The position numbers and the translations under genes were made by a program. From an uncultured bacterium (GTDB lineage: Bacteria; Eisenbacteria; RBG-16-71-46), in assembly GCA_964655175.1 (NCBI GenBank), contig CAZZLY010000001.1:5006-69005 (forward strand): 64,000 nt of DNA. Reading direction: 5' to 3'. Of this stretch, positions 21,025-31,405 are shown in pieces. Position 1 is the first letter of the stretch, and each line of letters opens with the position of its first letter. The notes under the pieces are model-generated. The model saw only the letters and a list, made by a program, of their open reading frames with translations. It searched no databases and had not been told where the DNA came from.

Positions 21025-24000
21025 ATGCGGGCGTGGCGTGGGGGGCTCGTCGCCCTGGGCCTGACGCTCGCCGCGACGCTCCGCGCCCACGCGGCGGGCC
21101 CGCAGCACGACCCCGCCTGCTTCACGGTCTCGTTCGTGCCCGCGTCCGGCGTCGCGGTCACGCGCATGCCGCGCGGCTTCCTGCGCGCGGGCCGCGACTC
21201 GGTCTGGACGCGCAGCGGCGTGTGGCGCCGCGACCTCGACTACGTGCTCGATCGCCTGCACGGCGACCTGCGACTGCTGCGCACCCCGGTCCCGGGGGAG
21301 ACCGTGTGGGTGCGCGCCTGCGGACTCGTGGCGCCGCCGCCGCTCGAATACCAGCCGCTCGTCTACCAGCCGGTGCGCACGGTCCCGGTGGGGGACACGA
21401 CGCACGCGACCCCTTCGCCCGCACCCTTCGCACGCCCCGCCACCGCGCGCGATCCCTCGCAGGCGCCGTTCGGTGGTGCGCTCGAGGTCACGGGCAACAA
21501 GACGCTCGCGGTGGACTTCGGTTCGTCGCAGGACGCGGCGCTGCGTCAGTCGCTCGACCTCTCGCTGAGCGGTCGCATCGCGCCGGGCGTCGAACTGACC
21601 GGTGTGCTCACCGATCGCGACACGCCGTTGTCGGCCTCGGGCGCGACGCAGGATCTGCAGTCGATCGATCGCGTGCTGCTCGAGTTGCGCGCGCGTGATG
21701 CGCGCGCCTCGTTCGGGGACGTGCCGCTGTCGGTGACCGGGGGCGAGTTCGCGCGGCTCGAGCGTCGCGTGCAGGGCGTGGCGGGTGAGTGGCGTCCCGG
21801 TGCGTTCGAACTGCGCGCGGCCGCCGCGGGATCGCAGGGCGAGTACATGCGGCTCGCGTTCGCGGGTGTGGACGGCCGACAGGGTCCGTACCTGCTCACG
21901 GACCGCGACGGTGCCCCGGGCGTCACCGTGGTCGCGGGCAGCGAGCAGGTCACGGTGGACGGCGTGCGCATGACGCGCGGCGAGGGCGCCGACTACGCCA
22001 TCGACTACGAACGGGCGCGGCTCACGTTCTCGAACCGCCGACCGATCTCGTCGGCGTCGCGCATCGTCGTGGAGTACCAGTACGCGCTCACGCGCTTCCG
22101 CCGCGGCGTGACCACCGCGTCCACCGCCTGGCAGCGCGGGGCCTGGGCGCTGCACGCCGAGGCGATCAGCGAACGCGACGACGGTGGCCGACCCATCACG
22201 GGGACCCTCGATGCGGCCGACCGGGCGCTGCTGGCTTCGGCCGGAGACTCGCTGGCACTCGCGCCCGGGGTGACCGCGGGCGGCGGCGACTACGATTCGG
22301 TGCGCGTCGCGGGCACGCTCGCGTACGCGTTCGCGGGTCTCGATTCGGGTGCGTTCGCGGTCCGGTTCGCGCGCGTCGGTGCGGGGCTCGGCGACTACGC
22401 CGACTCGGCGGTGGTCGGAGGGCGCACGGTGTATCGCTTCGTGGGTGCGGGCGCGGGGGCCTGGCGTGTGGGCCGCGCGCTGCCCGCACCCGAGGCGCAC
22501 CGGCTCGTGGCGTTCGGCGCACGCACGCGGCTCGGCGGGTTCGCCTTCGAGTCCGAGGGCGCGGTCTCGTCGCTCGATCGCAACACGTTCTCCGCGCGCG
22601 ACGGCGGCGATGACGCCGGTGGCGCGCTGCGGCTCAGGGTGGAGGGCGAGACGCGCGCCGGGGCGTTGCCGGGGCGCGTGGGCGTGAGCGCCGCGTGGCG
22701 CAGCGTCGATCGGCGGTTCGCCCCGTTCTCGCGCCTCGAGCGGGCGTTCATCGAGGAGGACTGGGGCCTGCGACCGGGGGCCGACCTCGAGCATCCGCAG
22801 CGCGGTGAACTCGCGGGTTGGTGGCGCTCGGGGGAGGGACGCGAACTGCGCGCGGGGCTGGCGCGCCTGCGCACGCCCGACGGTTACGACGGCGTGCGGC
22901 GTGAAGCGAACGCCCGCTACGGGCGAGGGGCGTGGCGCGTGGGGGGCACGTGGCTCGATGCGGCCGGGCGCACGACCGGGGCGCGCTTCGGTGACGGCGG
23001 GCGTGAACGCGCGACCGGCGACCTGCAGTGGACGAGCGGCTGGCTGGTGCCACGATTGCGGGTCGAACGCGATCGGCGCACGACGCCCGGCGACACCTCG
23101 AGCGTGCTCGATCGCGTCGAGGCCTTCGATGCCGACGTCGCCAGCGGTGCGCGCGCGACCTGGCGCATGGCGCTCGGCGGCGGCACGCGACGCGATCGTC
23201 GTGACGCGGGACGCACGTCGCTCGACTCGCGCACCCAGGCACTGCGCGCCGAACTCGAGACCCCCGCTGCGCGACCCTGGGGGGCGGTGCTGGCGTTGCA
23301 GCGACGCGACACGCGCGATCGCACGAGCGGCGTGCTCGTGCGTCAGGATCTCGCCAGTTCGCGCGTGCGCGCCGAGTCGCGCGCCACGGGGCTCGCGGGC
23401 ACGGTGCAGGTCGAGCGCACCGGCGAGGCCGAGAATCGTCGCGTGCGGCAGCTCACGTTCGTCGGAGCCGGGCGCGGCGGCTACGACGCCACGGGCAACT
23501 TCGTGGGCACGGGGGACCACGACCTCGTGCTCGTGGTGAGCCCCGACCTGGAGCGATTCGCGCGCACGGCGGTGAGCGCGCGCGCGTCGTGGGCGTTCGG
23601 TCGTTCCGACGCGTGGCGCGGCACGCGGTTCGAGCTCACGTTCGAGGACGAGGCCCGCCGTCGCGGCGTGGGGCGTTGGGCCGACGTGTTCCTGAGCGGT
23701 GGCACCGCGCTCGGGGACGCGGGGCTCGCGCGTGCGAGCGTGCTGCACCGGTTCGAGAGCGAGATCGCGCCGGGCTCGCGCGCCGCCGCGTTCCGTGTGC
23801 GCGTCGAGCGGCGCGTGAGCGTGGACCGCTCGTTCACGAACTACGCGCAGTCCACCGATCAGCGCACCGGTGCGCTGCGCTGGCGGTCGCGTCCCGGTAC
23901 CACCACGAGCGCCGAAGCCGAGGCGCGGGTGACGTGGCAGCGCGCGGGGCAGGCCGTCACGGGCGGGGCGAGCTATGCGCGCACGCTCGTGGACCAGGGA

Positions 24001-24369
24001 GGCACCGCGCAGTTCGTGTGGCAGCCGGGCGCCGGACTGCGCACGGCCGGCGTGCTCGAGGCGACGTGGTCGCGCGCCCCGGGCACGGGCGACGTCGCTC
24101 GCACCGTGCGCGTGGGGCCCGACGTCTCGGCGAGTGTGGGCCGTGCCGGTCGTGCCGACCTGATCGTGCGGCGCGCGTTCGTCAACGGTTCGCCGCTGGG
24201 GCTGCTGCCGACCGCCGACCCGATCGGCGCGGCGCGCTGGGACGCCACCGCGCGGTTCGACTGGCGCGTGCACACGACCACGACGATCGGCTTCGACACG
24301 CAGCTGCGCGAGCGGCCGGGGCACCGGACCGTCGTGACGGGGCGTGCCGAGGTGAGGGCGTTCTTCTGA
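21025..24369 (+). CDS. Large (1114 aa) secreted protein, probably outer-membrane associated, with a beta-barrel-like C-terminus.
   Basis: Signal peptide MRAWRGGLVALGLTLAATLRAHAAG. The C-terminal third is made of long alternating hydrophobic/polar stretches, and the protein ends ...GRAEVRAFF with a terminal aromatic (Phe). Its stop overlaps the start of the downstream Omp85 gene (TGATG). No confident family assignment is possible from sequence alone. Confidence 0.4.
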   Translation: MRAWRGGLVALGLTLAATLRAHAAGPQHDPACFTVSFVPASGVAVTRMPRGFLRAGRDSVWTRSGVWRRDLDYVLDRLHGDLRLLRTPVPGETVWVRACGLVAPPPLEYQPLVYQPVRTVPVGDTTHATPSPAPFARPATARDPSQAPFGGALEVTGNKTLAVDFGSSQDAALRQSLDLSLSGRIAPGVELTGVLTDRDTPLSASGATQDLQSIDRVLLELRARDARASFGDVPLSVTGGEFARLERRVQGVAGEWRPGAFELRAAAAGSQGEYMRLAFAGVDGRQGPYLLTDRDGAPGVTVVAGSEQVTVDGVRMTRGEGADYAIDYERARLTFSNRRPISSASRIVVEYQYALTRFRRGVTTASTAWQRGAWALHAEAISERDDGGRPITGTLDAADRALLASAGDSLALAPGVTAGGGDYDSVRVAGTLAYAFAGLDSGAFAVRFARVGAGLGDYADSAVVGGRTVYRFVGAGAGAWRVGRALPAPEAHRLVAFGARTRLGGFAFESEGAVSSLDRNTFSARDGGDDAGGALRLRVEGETRAGALPGRVGVSAAWRSVDRRFAPFSRLERAFIEEDWGLRPGADLEHPQRGELAGWWRSGEGRELRAGLARLRTPDGYDGVRREANARYGRGAWRVGGTWLDAAGRTTGARFGDGGRERATGDLQWTSGWLVPRLRVERDRRTTPGDTSSVLDRVEAFDADVASGARATWRMALGGGTRRDRRDAGRTSLDSRTQALRAELETPAARPWGAVLALQRRDTRDRTSGVLVRQDLASSRVRAESRATGLAGTVQVERTGEAENRRVRQLTFVGAGRGGYDATGNFVGTGDHDLVLVVSPDLERFARTAVSARASWAFGRSDAWRGTRFELTFEDEARRRGVGRWADVFLSGGTALGDAGLARASVLHRFESEIAPGSRAAAFRVRVERRVSVDRSFTNYAQSTDQRTGALRWRSRPGTTTSAEAEARVTWQRAGQAVTGGASYARTLVDQGGTAQFVWQPGAGLRTAGVLEATWSRAPGTGDVARTVRVGPDVSASVGRAGRADLIVRRAFVNGSPLGLLPTADPIGAARWDATARFDWRVHTTTTIGFDTQLRERPGHRTVVTGRAEVRAFF

Positions 24370-26090
24370 TGCGCCCGCTGCGGGCCGTCCTCGTCCGGTG
24401 CGCGACCGTCCTCGCGCTCGTGGGGCTCGCGCACCCGGCGTGGTCCGCGCCCGCGCGGCTGCGGCTCTCGGGATGGCCGCTCGCCTCGCGCGAGGGCGAC
24501 GCGGTGTTCGCGGCCGCCCTGCGCGCGCCGGGGGATAGCGTCGCGCTCGCGGTGGCGCTCGGGCGCGGCGTGGCGCGGTTGCAGGCGGGCGGATGGCACG
24601 ACGCGGCGCTCACCGCCGAATGGCGGGAGACGCGCGACGTGCTCGAGGTGCGCGTCGAGCCGGGGCCGCAGCGTCGTTGGGGCGCACTCGTCTTCGACGT
24701 GCCGACCGCGGACTCGGCGTTCGTGGCGCGTGAGCGCGTGTGGCCGCAGGGCGAACCCGCCGACCCGGCCGCACTGGCACGCACGGTCGACGATCTGCTC
24801 GCGCGCGCGCATCGCGCGGGGCACGCGTGGGCGCAGTTGGCGGTCACCGATTGGCGCGTCGATCCGACGCGGGTCGCGGTGCGGCTGTCGGGCGCGCTCG
24901 GACCCCGGGTGACGGTGGAGTCCGTGCGACTGGACGGGCTCGCGGTCACGCGGCGCGACGTGGCCGAACGTGCATTGGGACGACTCGCCGGTCTGCCCTA
25001 CAATCCCGACGCCGCACGCGCGGGAGCGGCGCGGCTCGCGACGCTCGGGGTGTTCGCGCGCGTCGGTGAGCCCGTGCTCGAGGCCGGTCCCCGTTGGGAA
25101 CGCGCCACCCTCGTGATCCCGGTGACCGAACCGCGCTACAACCGCTTCGAGGGCGCGCTCGGCGTGCAGGGCGGAGGCGCGGTGGTGGGCCTCGCCTCCC
25201 TCGATCTGGGCAACCTGCTCGGCACGGCGCGCGTCGCGTCGCTCGCGTGGCAGTCGCGCGGTGCGGGGCGCACCGATCTGAGCATGCGGTACGTCGAGCC
25301 GTTCGTGGTGGGGCTGCCGTACCGCCTCGAACTCGGACTCGTGCAGCAGATGCAGGACACGACGTACACGCGCACGCGCTGGGGCGTGCGCGTCGGCCAC
25401 GGACTCGGCGCGGGCGACCGCATCGAACTCGGTCACGAGGAGGAGCGGGTGGTGCAGACGCGGGGCGCGGTGCAGCAGGCGGCGCTGCAGCACACGTCGT
25501 TCGCCTGGGAGCGCGACGGTCGGGACGACCGTCTCTCGCCGCGTCGCGGCGTGCGTGCGCGCCTGGCGGGCGCCGGCGTGTTCAAGCGCGAGACGCTGCG
25601 CGCACCGGGACCGCTCGAGTCGGCCACGCGGCGCGCGCGCGCCGGCACGGCCGAGTGCACGATCGAGGCGCATCGCCCGCTCGGCGCACGGACCGGTGTG
25701 GCCCTGGAGCTCGAGGCGCAGGGGCGCTTCGCGGGCGACGCCGTGCTCGAGCCGTGGGAGCGCACCCCGGTGGGCGGCGCGCGTACGCTGCGCGGCCACG
25801 ACGAGGAGGAGTTCCGGGTCGACCGCGTCGTGCGATCGCGACTGGAACTGCGTGCCTTCCCGGGTTCGGTCGGCGAGCACGTCGCGCTGTTCTGGGACCA
25901 CGCCGAACTGTTCACGCGCGAGGTGGTCGCACCCACGGGCACGGCGCTGCGTCGCCGCGGTGCCGACGGGGTGGGGCTGGGCCTGCATCTGGTGACCGGC
26001 ACCGGCCGTGTGGACGTGGATTACGGTCTGGCGCCGGGTCGCGGCGCGCTCGACGGGCGCATCCACCTGCGCCTCGTGAGCACCTTCTAA
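24369..26090 (+). CDS. Omp85 / bacterial surface antigen (D15) family outer-membrane protein, BamA/TamA/TpsB-like, with POTRA region.
   Basis: Signal peptide MRPLRAVLVRCATVLALVGLAHPAWSA. POTRA-like segment ERALGRLAGLPYNPDAARAGAARLATLGVF. C-terminal barrel ending ...DGRIHLRLVSTF with terminal Phe. The 573-aa size matches TamA/TpsB. Confidence 0.6.
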   Translation: MRPLRAVLVRCATVLALVGLAHPAWSAPARLRLSGWPLASREGDAVFAAALRAPGDSVALAVALGRGVARLQAGGWHDAALTAEWRETRDVLEVRVEPGPQRRWGALVFDVPTADSAFVARERVWPQGEPADPAALARTVDDLLARAHRAGHAWAQLAVTDWRVDPTRVAVRLSGALGPRVTVESVRLDGLAVTRRDVAERALGRLAGLPYNPDAARAGAARLATLGVFARVGEPVLEAGPRWERATLVIPVTEPRYNRFEGALGVQGGGAVVGLASLDLGNLLGTARVASLAWQSRGAGRTDLSMRYVEPFVVGLPYRLELGLVQQMQDTTYTRTRWGVRVGHGLGAGDRIELGHEEERVVQTRGAVQQAALQHTSFAWERDGRDDRLSPRRGVRARLAGAGVFKRETLRAPGPLESATRRARAGTAECTIEAHRPLGARTGVALELEAQGRFAGDAVLEPWERTPVGGARTLRGHDEEEFRVDRVVRSRLELRAFPGSVGEHVALFWDHAELFTREVVAPTGTALRRRGADGVGLGLHLVTGTGRVDVDYGLAPGRGALDGRIHLRLVSTF

Positions 26091-26091
26091 C

Positions 26092-28215
26092 GTGTCGCTC
26101 GTCACGCAGGTCGAAGCCGCGTTCGCGCCCGGTGGGGCGCTGTCGCGTCAGTGGCCCGAATGGGAGGAGCGTCCCGGGCAGCGCGCGCTCGCCATCGAGG
26201 TCGCACGCACGCTCGAGTCGGGCGGCGTGCTGCTGGCCGAAGCGCCGACCGGCGTGGGCAAGTCGCTCGCGTATCTGTTGCCCGCCGCGCTGCACGCCGC
26301 CGAGACCGGCGAGCGCGTGGTGGTGGCGACGTGCACGCGGTCGCTGCAGGACCAGTTGTTCGAGCGCGACCTGCCGGCCCTGCTGCAGGCGCTCGGGGTC
26401 GCGTTGCCGGTGGCGTTGCTCAAGGGCAAGCAGAACTACCTGTGCCCGCGCGCGCTCGAGATCGTGGATCCCGAGGGCGAGGACGAGATCGCGGTCGTCG
26501 AGGCGCTGCGCGCGTGGTCGGCGGCCGACCCGGTCGGTGACCTCGATCGCTTCGCGTACGCCGACAGCGACCTGGCGCGACGCATGCGCGCGCGGGTGGC
26601 GACCGATCCCGGCGCATGCACCTCCGCCACCTGTCGTCGCGCGCGCGAGTGCTTCTGGGCGCGTGCGCGCCGGCGTGCGGCCGAAGCCAAGTTGGTCGTC
26701 GTCAATCACGCGTTGCTCGCGCGCGCGACCGACGCCGAGGGCATCCTGCCGCCCTACGACGCCCTGATCGTGGATGAGGCGCACCGATTGGAGGGTGTGC
26801 TGTCGTCGCAGCTCGAGCGCGCCGTGTCGCGGCACCGCATCGACGAACTGCTCAAGCTCACCGGCTCGGTGACCGGCGGCCGTCGCGGCGGCGGCTTGCT
26901 CGGTCGCGTGCGCTCGTTCGCGCTGCCGCTGCTCGATTCGGGTTCGCCCTCGCGCGAGCGCCTGCACACCGACCTCGAGCGGCTCTCGACGCGCGCCGAC
27001 GAACTCAAGCACGACGCCGAGACGCTGTTCGCGCGGCTCGCGATCGGCGGCGATGGCGCGCCGTCCGCGAGCCCCTACAGCCGCCGCGTGCGGCATCAGG
27101 GCAGCGAGCAGCTGTTGGGGCGCGACCTGCAGGCGCTCGACGTGGTGCTGGAGCACGCGCGGTACTACGGCGACGTGCTGCGGCGCGCGGCGGGGGCGCT
27201 GGGGTTGGTCGAGGGCAAGGGCGAGACGGGCGAGGAACTGCAGGCCGAGCTCGAGACGATCGGCGCCCGCTGGCAGGGGCTGCACGACGATCTGGCGCTG
27301 CTCGCCGATGCCGGGCATCGCGATTGGGCGTACTGGCGCAGTCAGGGTCCGCAGGCGCGCACTGCGGAACTGCACGGCGCACCCGTGTTCGTGGGGGAGC
27401 AGGCGCGTCGTCTGCTGCGCGGTGGACCGCGCGCCGCGGTGCTCACCTCGGCCACGCTGTCGTCGGCCGGCGACTTCGATTGGGCGGCCGAGCGGCTCGG
27501 GCTGGGGGAGTCGGTCGGCGTGCCCTACGACGCGCTCACCGTGCCGAGCCCGTTCCCGCTCGACGAGCAGATGCGCGTGTTCGTGCTCGACGCCGAGGGC
27601 GACGAGGCGGAGGCCATCGCCCAGGTCGTCGCGGCGCTGCATCGGGTCGCACGTCGCAACACGCTGGTGCTGTTCACCGCCCACGAACGGTTGCGGCGAG
27701 CCCACGCGCGGCTCAAGACCCTGTTACCCAAGGGGGCGGCGCTCTACGCCCAGGACCGCGACGGGCCCGCCGGACTGCTCGCGGAGCGGTTCCGGGCCGA
27801 GCGAGGGGCGGTCTTGCTCGGCGTCGCGAGCCTGTGGGAAGGTGTGGACTTCCCGGGTGAGGCACTCGAGGTGCTGGTGGTCGCACGACTGCCCTTCTCC
27901 GTGCCCGACGACCCGGTGGTCGAGGCCCGCGCCGAGCGTCTGCGCGAGCGCGGACTCGAGCCGTTCCGCCACGACGCGGTACCCGAAGCGGTCATGCGGT
28001 TCCGGCAGGGCGTGGGCCGGTTGATCCGGCGCGCGACCGACCGGGGAGTGCTGGTGGTGTGCGATCCGCGGCTCGCCCGCGCCTCGTACCGTGGTCCGTT
28101 CCGGGCCGCGCTGCCGGTCGAACCGAGACTGTGGAAGGATCCCCGCGGACTCGCACATGAGGCCGGGCTGTTCCTCATGCGCCAACACGACGACGTTCAG
28201 GAGGAGAGTCCGTGA
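26092..28215 (+). CDS. dinG: DinG/Rad3-family ATP-dependent DNA helicase.
   Basis: Walker A AEAPTGVGKSLAYLLPA. DEAH box LIVDEAHRLE. Four Cys between motifs I and II (CTSATCRRARECFWARARRR) suggest an Fe-S cluster site. C-terminal helicase motifs LVLFTAHERL ... VLLGVASLWEGVDFPGEALEVLVVARLPF. Confidence 0.75.
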   Translation: MSLVTQVEAAFAPGGALSRQWPEWEERPGQRALAIEVARTLESGGVLLAEAPTGVGKSLAYLLPAALHAAETGERVVVATCTRSLQDQLFERDLPALLQALGVALPVALLKGKQNYLCPRALEIVDPEGEDEIAVVEALRAWSAADPVGDLDRFAYADSDLARRMRARVATDPGACTSATCRRARECFWARARRRAAEAKLVVVNHALLARATDAEGILPPYDALIVDEAHRLEGVLSSQLERAVSRHRIDELLKLTGSVTGGRRGGGLLGRVRSFALPLLDSGSPSRERLHTDLERLSTRADELKHDAETLFARLAIGGDGAPSASPYSRRVRHQGSEQLLGRDLQALDVVLEHARYYGDVLRRAAGALGLVEGKGETGEELQAELETIGARWQGLHDDLALLADAGHRDWAYWRSQGPQARTAELHGAPVFVGEQARRLLRGGPRAAVLTSATLSSAGDFDWAAERLGLGESVGVPYDALTVPSPFPLDEQMRVFVLDAEGDEAEAIAQVVAALHRVARRNTLVLFTAHERLRRAHARLKTLLPKGAALYAQDRDGPAGLLAERFRAERGAVLLGVASLWEGVDFPGEALEVLVVARLPFSVPDDPVVEARAERLRERGLEPFRHDAVPEAVMRFRQGVGRLIRRATDRGVLVVCDPRLARASYRGPFRAALPVEPRLWKDPRGLAHEAGLFLMRQHDDVQEESP

Positions 28216-29729
28216 TCCGGCTGGGTGTGAGCAGACTGACGCTCGACGACGTGGTGGAGGTGGCGCGCGGTGAGGCGCGTCTGGAGTTGACCGCCGAGGC
28301 GCGCGATCGCGTGCGGGCGAGTCGGCGCGTGGTGGACGACGCCGTCGAACGCGAGCAGGTCGTGTACGGCGTGACCACCGGCTTCGGCCCGCTCAAGAAC
28401 CAGCACGTCGCGCACGACGACGTGCGCACGCTGCAGCTCAACCTGGTGCGTTCGCACTGCGCGGGCACCGGGCCCGCGACGCCGCGCGAGGTCGTGCGCG
28501 CGATGCTGCTGCTGCGGGCGCACTCGCTCGCCATGGGCTTCTCGGGCGTGCGGCCCGAGGTGATCGAGATGCTCATCGCCATGCTCGAGCGCCGGGTCAC
28601 GCCCGTGGTGCCGCTGCAGGGCTCGGTGGGCGCCTCGGGGGACCTGGCCCCGCTCGCGCACATGGCCGCGGTCATGGTGGGCGAGGGCGAGGCGTGGTTG
28701 GGCGAGCAGCGCATGCCGGCGGGACTGGCGCTGCGCGGCGCCGGGCTGCAGCCGCTCGTGCTCGAGGCCAAGGAGGGGCTCGCGCTCATCAACGGCACGC
28801 AGTTCTCGACCGCCTGGGCCGCGCTCGCGTGCGCCGACGCCGAGCGCGTGTGGGAGGCCGCCATGGGGGCGGCCGCGATGTCCACCGAGGTGTTGCTGGG
28901 TTCGTTCGGTCCGGCGAGCGAGGCCGTGCAGGCGCTGCGTCCCTATCGTGGGGCGAGCGAGGCGGCGCGTCGTCTGCGCGCCTACGCGCGGCACAGCGCG
29001 CTGGTCGAGTCGCACAAGGACTGCGATCGCGTGCAGGACGCGTACAGCCTGCGCTGCGTGCCGCCGGTCATGGGGGCGTCGTGGGACGCCATCCTGCACG
29101 TCGAGCAGCAGCTCGAGGTCGAGCTCAACTCGGTCAACGACAACCCGCTCGTGTTCGCCGAGACCGGCACGACCGTGTCGGCGGGCCTGTTCCACGCACA
29201 GCCCGTCGCGCTGGCGGCCGACTACCTCAAGATCGCGGTCGCCGAGATCGGCTCGCTCTCGGAGCGGCGCATCGATCGCCTGCTCGACTCGCGCGTCTCG
29301 GGGCTGCCCGAGGCGCTGGCGACGCAGCCGGGCCTCGAATCGGGTTACATGATGGCGCAGTACAGCGCCGCCGCGCTCGTCTCGGAGAACAAGACGCTCG
29401 CGCATCCGGCGAGCGTGGACAGCATCCCCACGGGCTCGGGCATCGAGGACCACGTCTCCATGGCGCCCATCGCGGCGCGCTACGCGCGGCACATCGTGGA
29501 CCACGTCGCGCGCATCGTGTCGTTCGAGCTGCTGTGCGGCTGTCGCGCACTGGAGTACCGCCGACCGCTCAAGGCGGGCGAGGGCACCGAGATGCTGTAC
29601 GGCGCGGTGCGCCGCGTCGTGTCGGTCCCCGAGGGCGATCGTCCGCTGCAGGGCCCGTGCGAGGAGCTCACGCGCTGGGTGCTCTCGGGCGCGGCCGCCC
29701 GCGTCGCCGAAGAGGTGCTCTCGTCATGA
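28212..29729 (+). CDS. hutH: Histidine ammonia-lyase.
   Basis: MIO-forming [16 protein letters not shown] (Ala-Ser-Gly) motif with full-length similarity. The GTG start overlaps the dinG stop. Confidence 0.9.
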   Translation: MIRLGVSRLTLDDVVEVARGEARLELTAEARDRVRASRRVVDDAVEREQVVYGVTTGFGPLKNQHVAHDDVRTLQLNLVRSHCAGTGPATPREVVRAMLLLRAHSLAMGFSGVRPEVIEMLIAMLERRVTPVVPLQGSVGASGDLAPLAHMAAVMVGEGEAWLGEQRMPAGLALRGAGLQPLVLEAKEGLALINGTQFSTAWAALACADAERVWEAAMGAAAMSTEVLLGSFGPASEAVQALRPYRGASEAARRLRAYARHSALVESHKDCDRVQDAYSLRCVPPVMGASWDAILHVEQQLEVELNSVNDNPLVFAETGTTVSAGLFHAQPVALAADYLKIAVAEIGSLSERRIDRLLDSRVSGLPEALATQPGLESGYMMAQYSAAALVSENKTLAHPASVDSIPTGSGIEDHVSMAPIAARYARHIVDHVARIVSFELLCGCRALEYRRPLKAGEGTEMLYGAVRRVVSVPEGDRPLQGPCEELTRWVLSGAAARVAEEVLSS

Positions 29730-31405
29730 CGCCGCTGCCCGGGGCCCGTCCCGTGCGCGCCGCGCGCGGGACCGAGCGCACCTGCAAGGGGTGGGTGCAG
29801 GAGGCCGCGCTGCGCATGCTCATGAACAACCTCGACCCGGACGTGGCCGAGCGGCCCGACGACCTGGTCGTCTACGGCGGGACGGGGCGCGCCGCGCGCA
29901 GCTGGGAGGCGTTCGACCGCATCGTGGCCGCACTGCGCGCGCTCGAGAACGACGAGACCCTGCTCGTGCAGAGCGGTAAGCCCGTGGGTGTGTTCCGCAC
30001 GCATCCCGATGCGCCGCGCGTGCTCATCGCCAACTCCAATCTGGTGCCGCGCTGGGGCACGTGGGAGCACTTCCGCGAGCTCGAGGCCAAGGGTCTCATG
30101 ATGTACGGCCAGATGACCGCCGGGTCGTGGATCTACATCGGCTCGCAGGGCATCGTGCAGGGCACCTTCGAGACGTTCGCCGAGTGCGCCGACCGCCACT
30201 TCGGCGGCACGCTCGCCGGCCGTCTGGTGCTCACCGCCGGTCTGGGCGGCATGGGCGGCGCGCAGCCGCTCGCGGTGACCATGAACGGCGGTGTGTGTCT
30301 GGCGGTCGAGGTGGACGCCACGCGCGCCGAGCGCCGTGTGGCGACGCGCTATTGCGACCGCATCACGCACGACCTCGACGAGGCGCTGGCGTGGTGCCGT
30401 GAGGCGCAGGCCGCCAAGCGACCGTTGTCGGTGGGTCTCGTCGGCAACGCCGCCGAGGTGATCCCGGCGCTGCTCGAGCGCGGCGTGATCCCCGATGCCG
30501 CGACCGACCAGACGAGCGCGCACGACCCGCTCACGGGTTACGTCCCGGTCGGGATGACCGTCGCGCAGGCCATCGAGGCCCGCCGCACGCAGCCCGACGA
30601 GGTCATCCGGCAAGCGCGGGAGTCCATGGCGACGCACGTGCGCGCGCTGCTCGGCATGCGCGCGCGCGGCACGGTGCTGTTCGACTACGGCAACAACCTG
30701 CGGGGCGAGGCCGAGAAGGGCGGTCTGCCGCACGAGCAGGCGTTCTCGTACCCGGGCTTCGTGCCGGAGTACATCCGACCGCTGTTCTGTGTGGGCAAGG
30801 GACCGTTCCGCTGGGCCGCGCTCTCGGGCGACCCGGACGACATCCGTGTCACCGACGAGGCCGCGCTCGCCGAGTTCCCCGACGACGCGCGTCTGCACCG
30901 TTGGATCCCGCTCGCGCAGAAGCACGTGCAGTTCCAGGGGCTGCCGGCCCGGATCTGCTGGCTGGGTTACGGGGAGCGGCATCGGTTGGGGCTGCGCTTC
31001 AATCAGCTCGTGCGCGAGGGCAAGCTCAAGGCCCCGATCGTCATCGGGCGCGATCATCTCGACACGGGTTCGGTCGCCTCGCCGTGGCGCGAGACCGAAG
31101 CCATGCGCGACGGCAGTGACGCGGTCGCCGACTGGCCGCTGCTCAACGCGCTGCTCACCACCGCCTCGGGCGCCTCGTGGGTGTCGTTGCATCACGGCGG
31201 CGGTGTCGGCATCGGCAACTCGATCCACAGCGGCATGGTGGTCGTGTGCGACGGTTCGCCCGAAGCCGATGCGCGGCTCGCCCGCGTGCTCGTCAACGAC
31301 TGCGGCACGGGGGTCATGCGCCACGCCGATGCCGGTTACGAGTCGGCCATCGCGCACGCGCGCGCCACGGGGATGAACCTGCCCGGGATCACCGACCGCC
31401 CATGA
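29726..31405 (+). CDS. hutU: Urocanate hydratase.
   Basis: [42 protein letters not shown] ... [24 protein letters not shown]. These are urocanase family signatures. ATGA overlap with hutH. Confidence 0.9.
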   Translation: MTPLPGARPVRAARGTERTCKGWVQEAALRMLMNNLDPDVAERPDDLVVYGGTGRAARSWEAFDRIVAALRALENDETLLVQSGKPVGVFRTHPDAPRVLIANSNLVPRWGTWEHFRELEAKGLMMYGQMTAGSWIYIGSQGIVQGTFETFAECADRHFGGTLAGRLVLTAGLGGMGGAQPLAVTMNGGVCLAVEVDATRAERRVATRYCDRITHDLDEALAWCREAQAAKRPLSVGLVGNAAEVIPALLERGVIPDAATDQTSAHDPLTGYVPVGMTVAQAIEARRTQPDEVIRQARESMATHVRALLGMRARGTVLFDYGNNLRGEAEKGGLPHEQAFSYPGFVPEYIRPLFCVGKGPFRWAALSGDPDDIRVTDEAALAEFPDDARLHRWIPLAQKHVQFQGLPARICWLGYGERHRLGLRFNQLVREGKLKAPIVIGRDHLDTGSVASPWRETEAMRDGSDAVADWPLLNALLTTASGASWVSLHHGGGVGIGNSIHSGMVVVCDGSPEADARLARVLVNDCGTGVMRHADAGYESAIAHARATGMNLPGITDRP

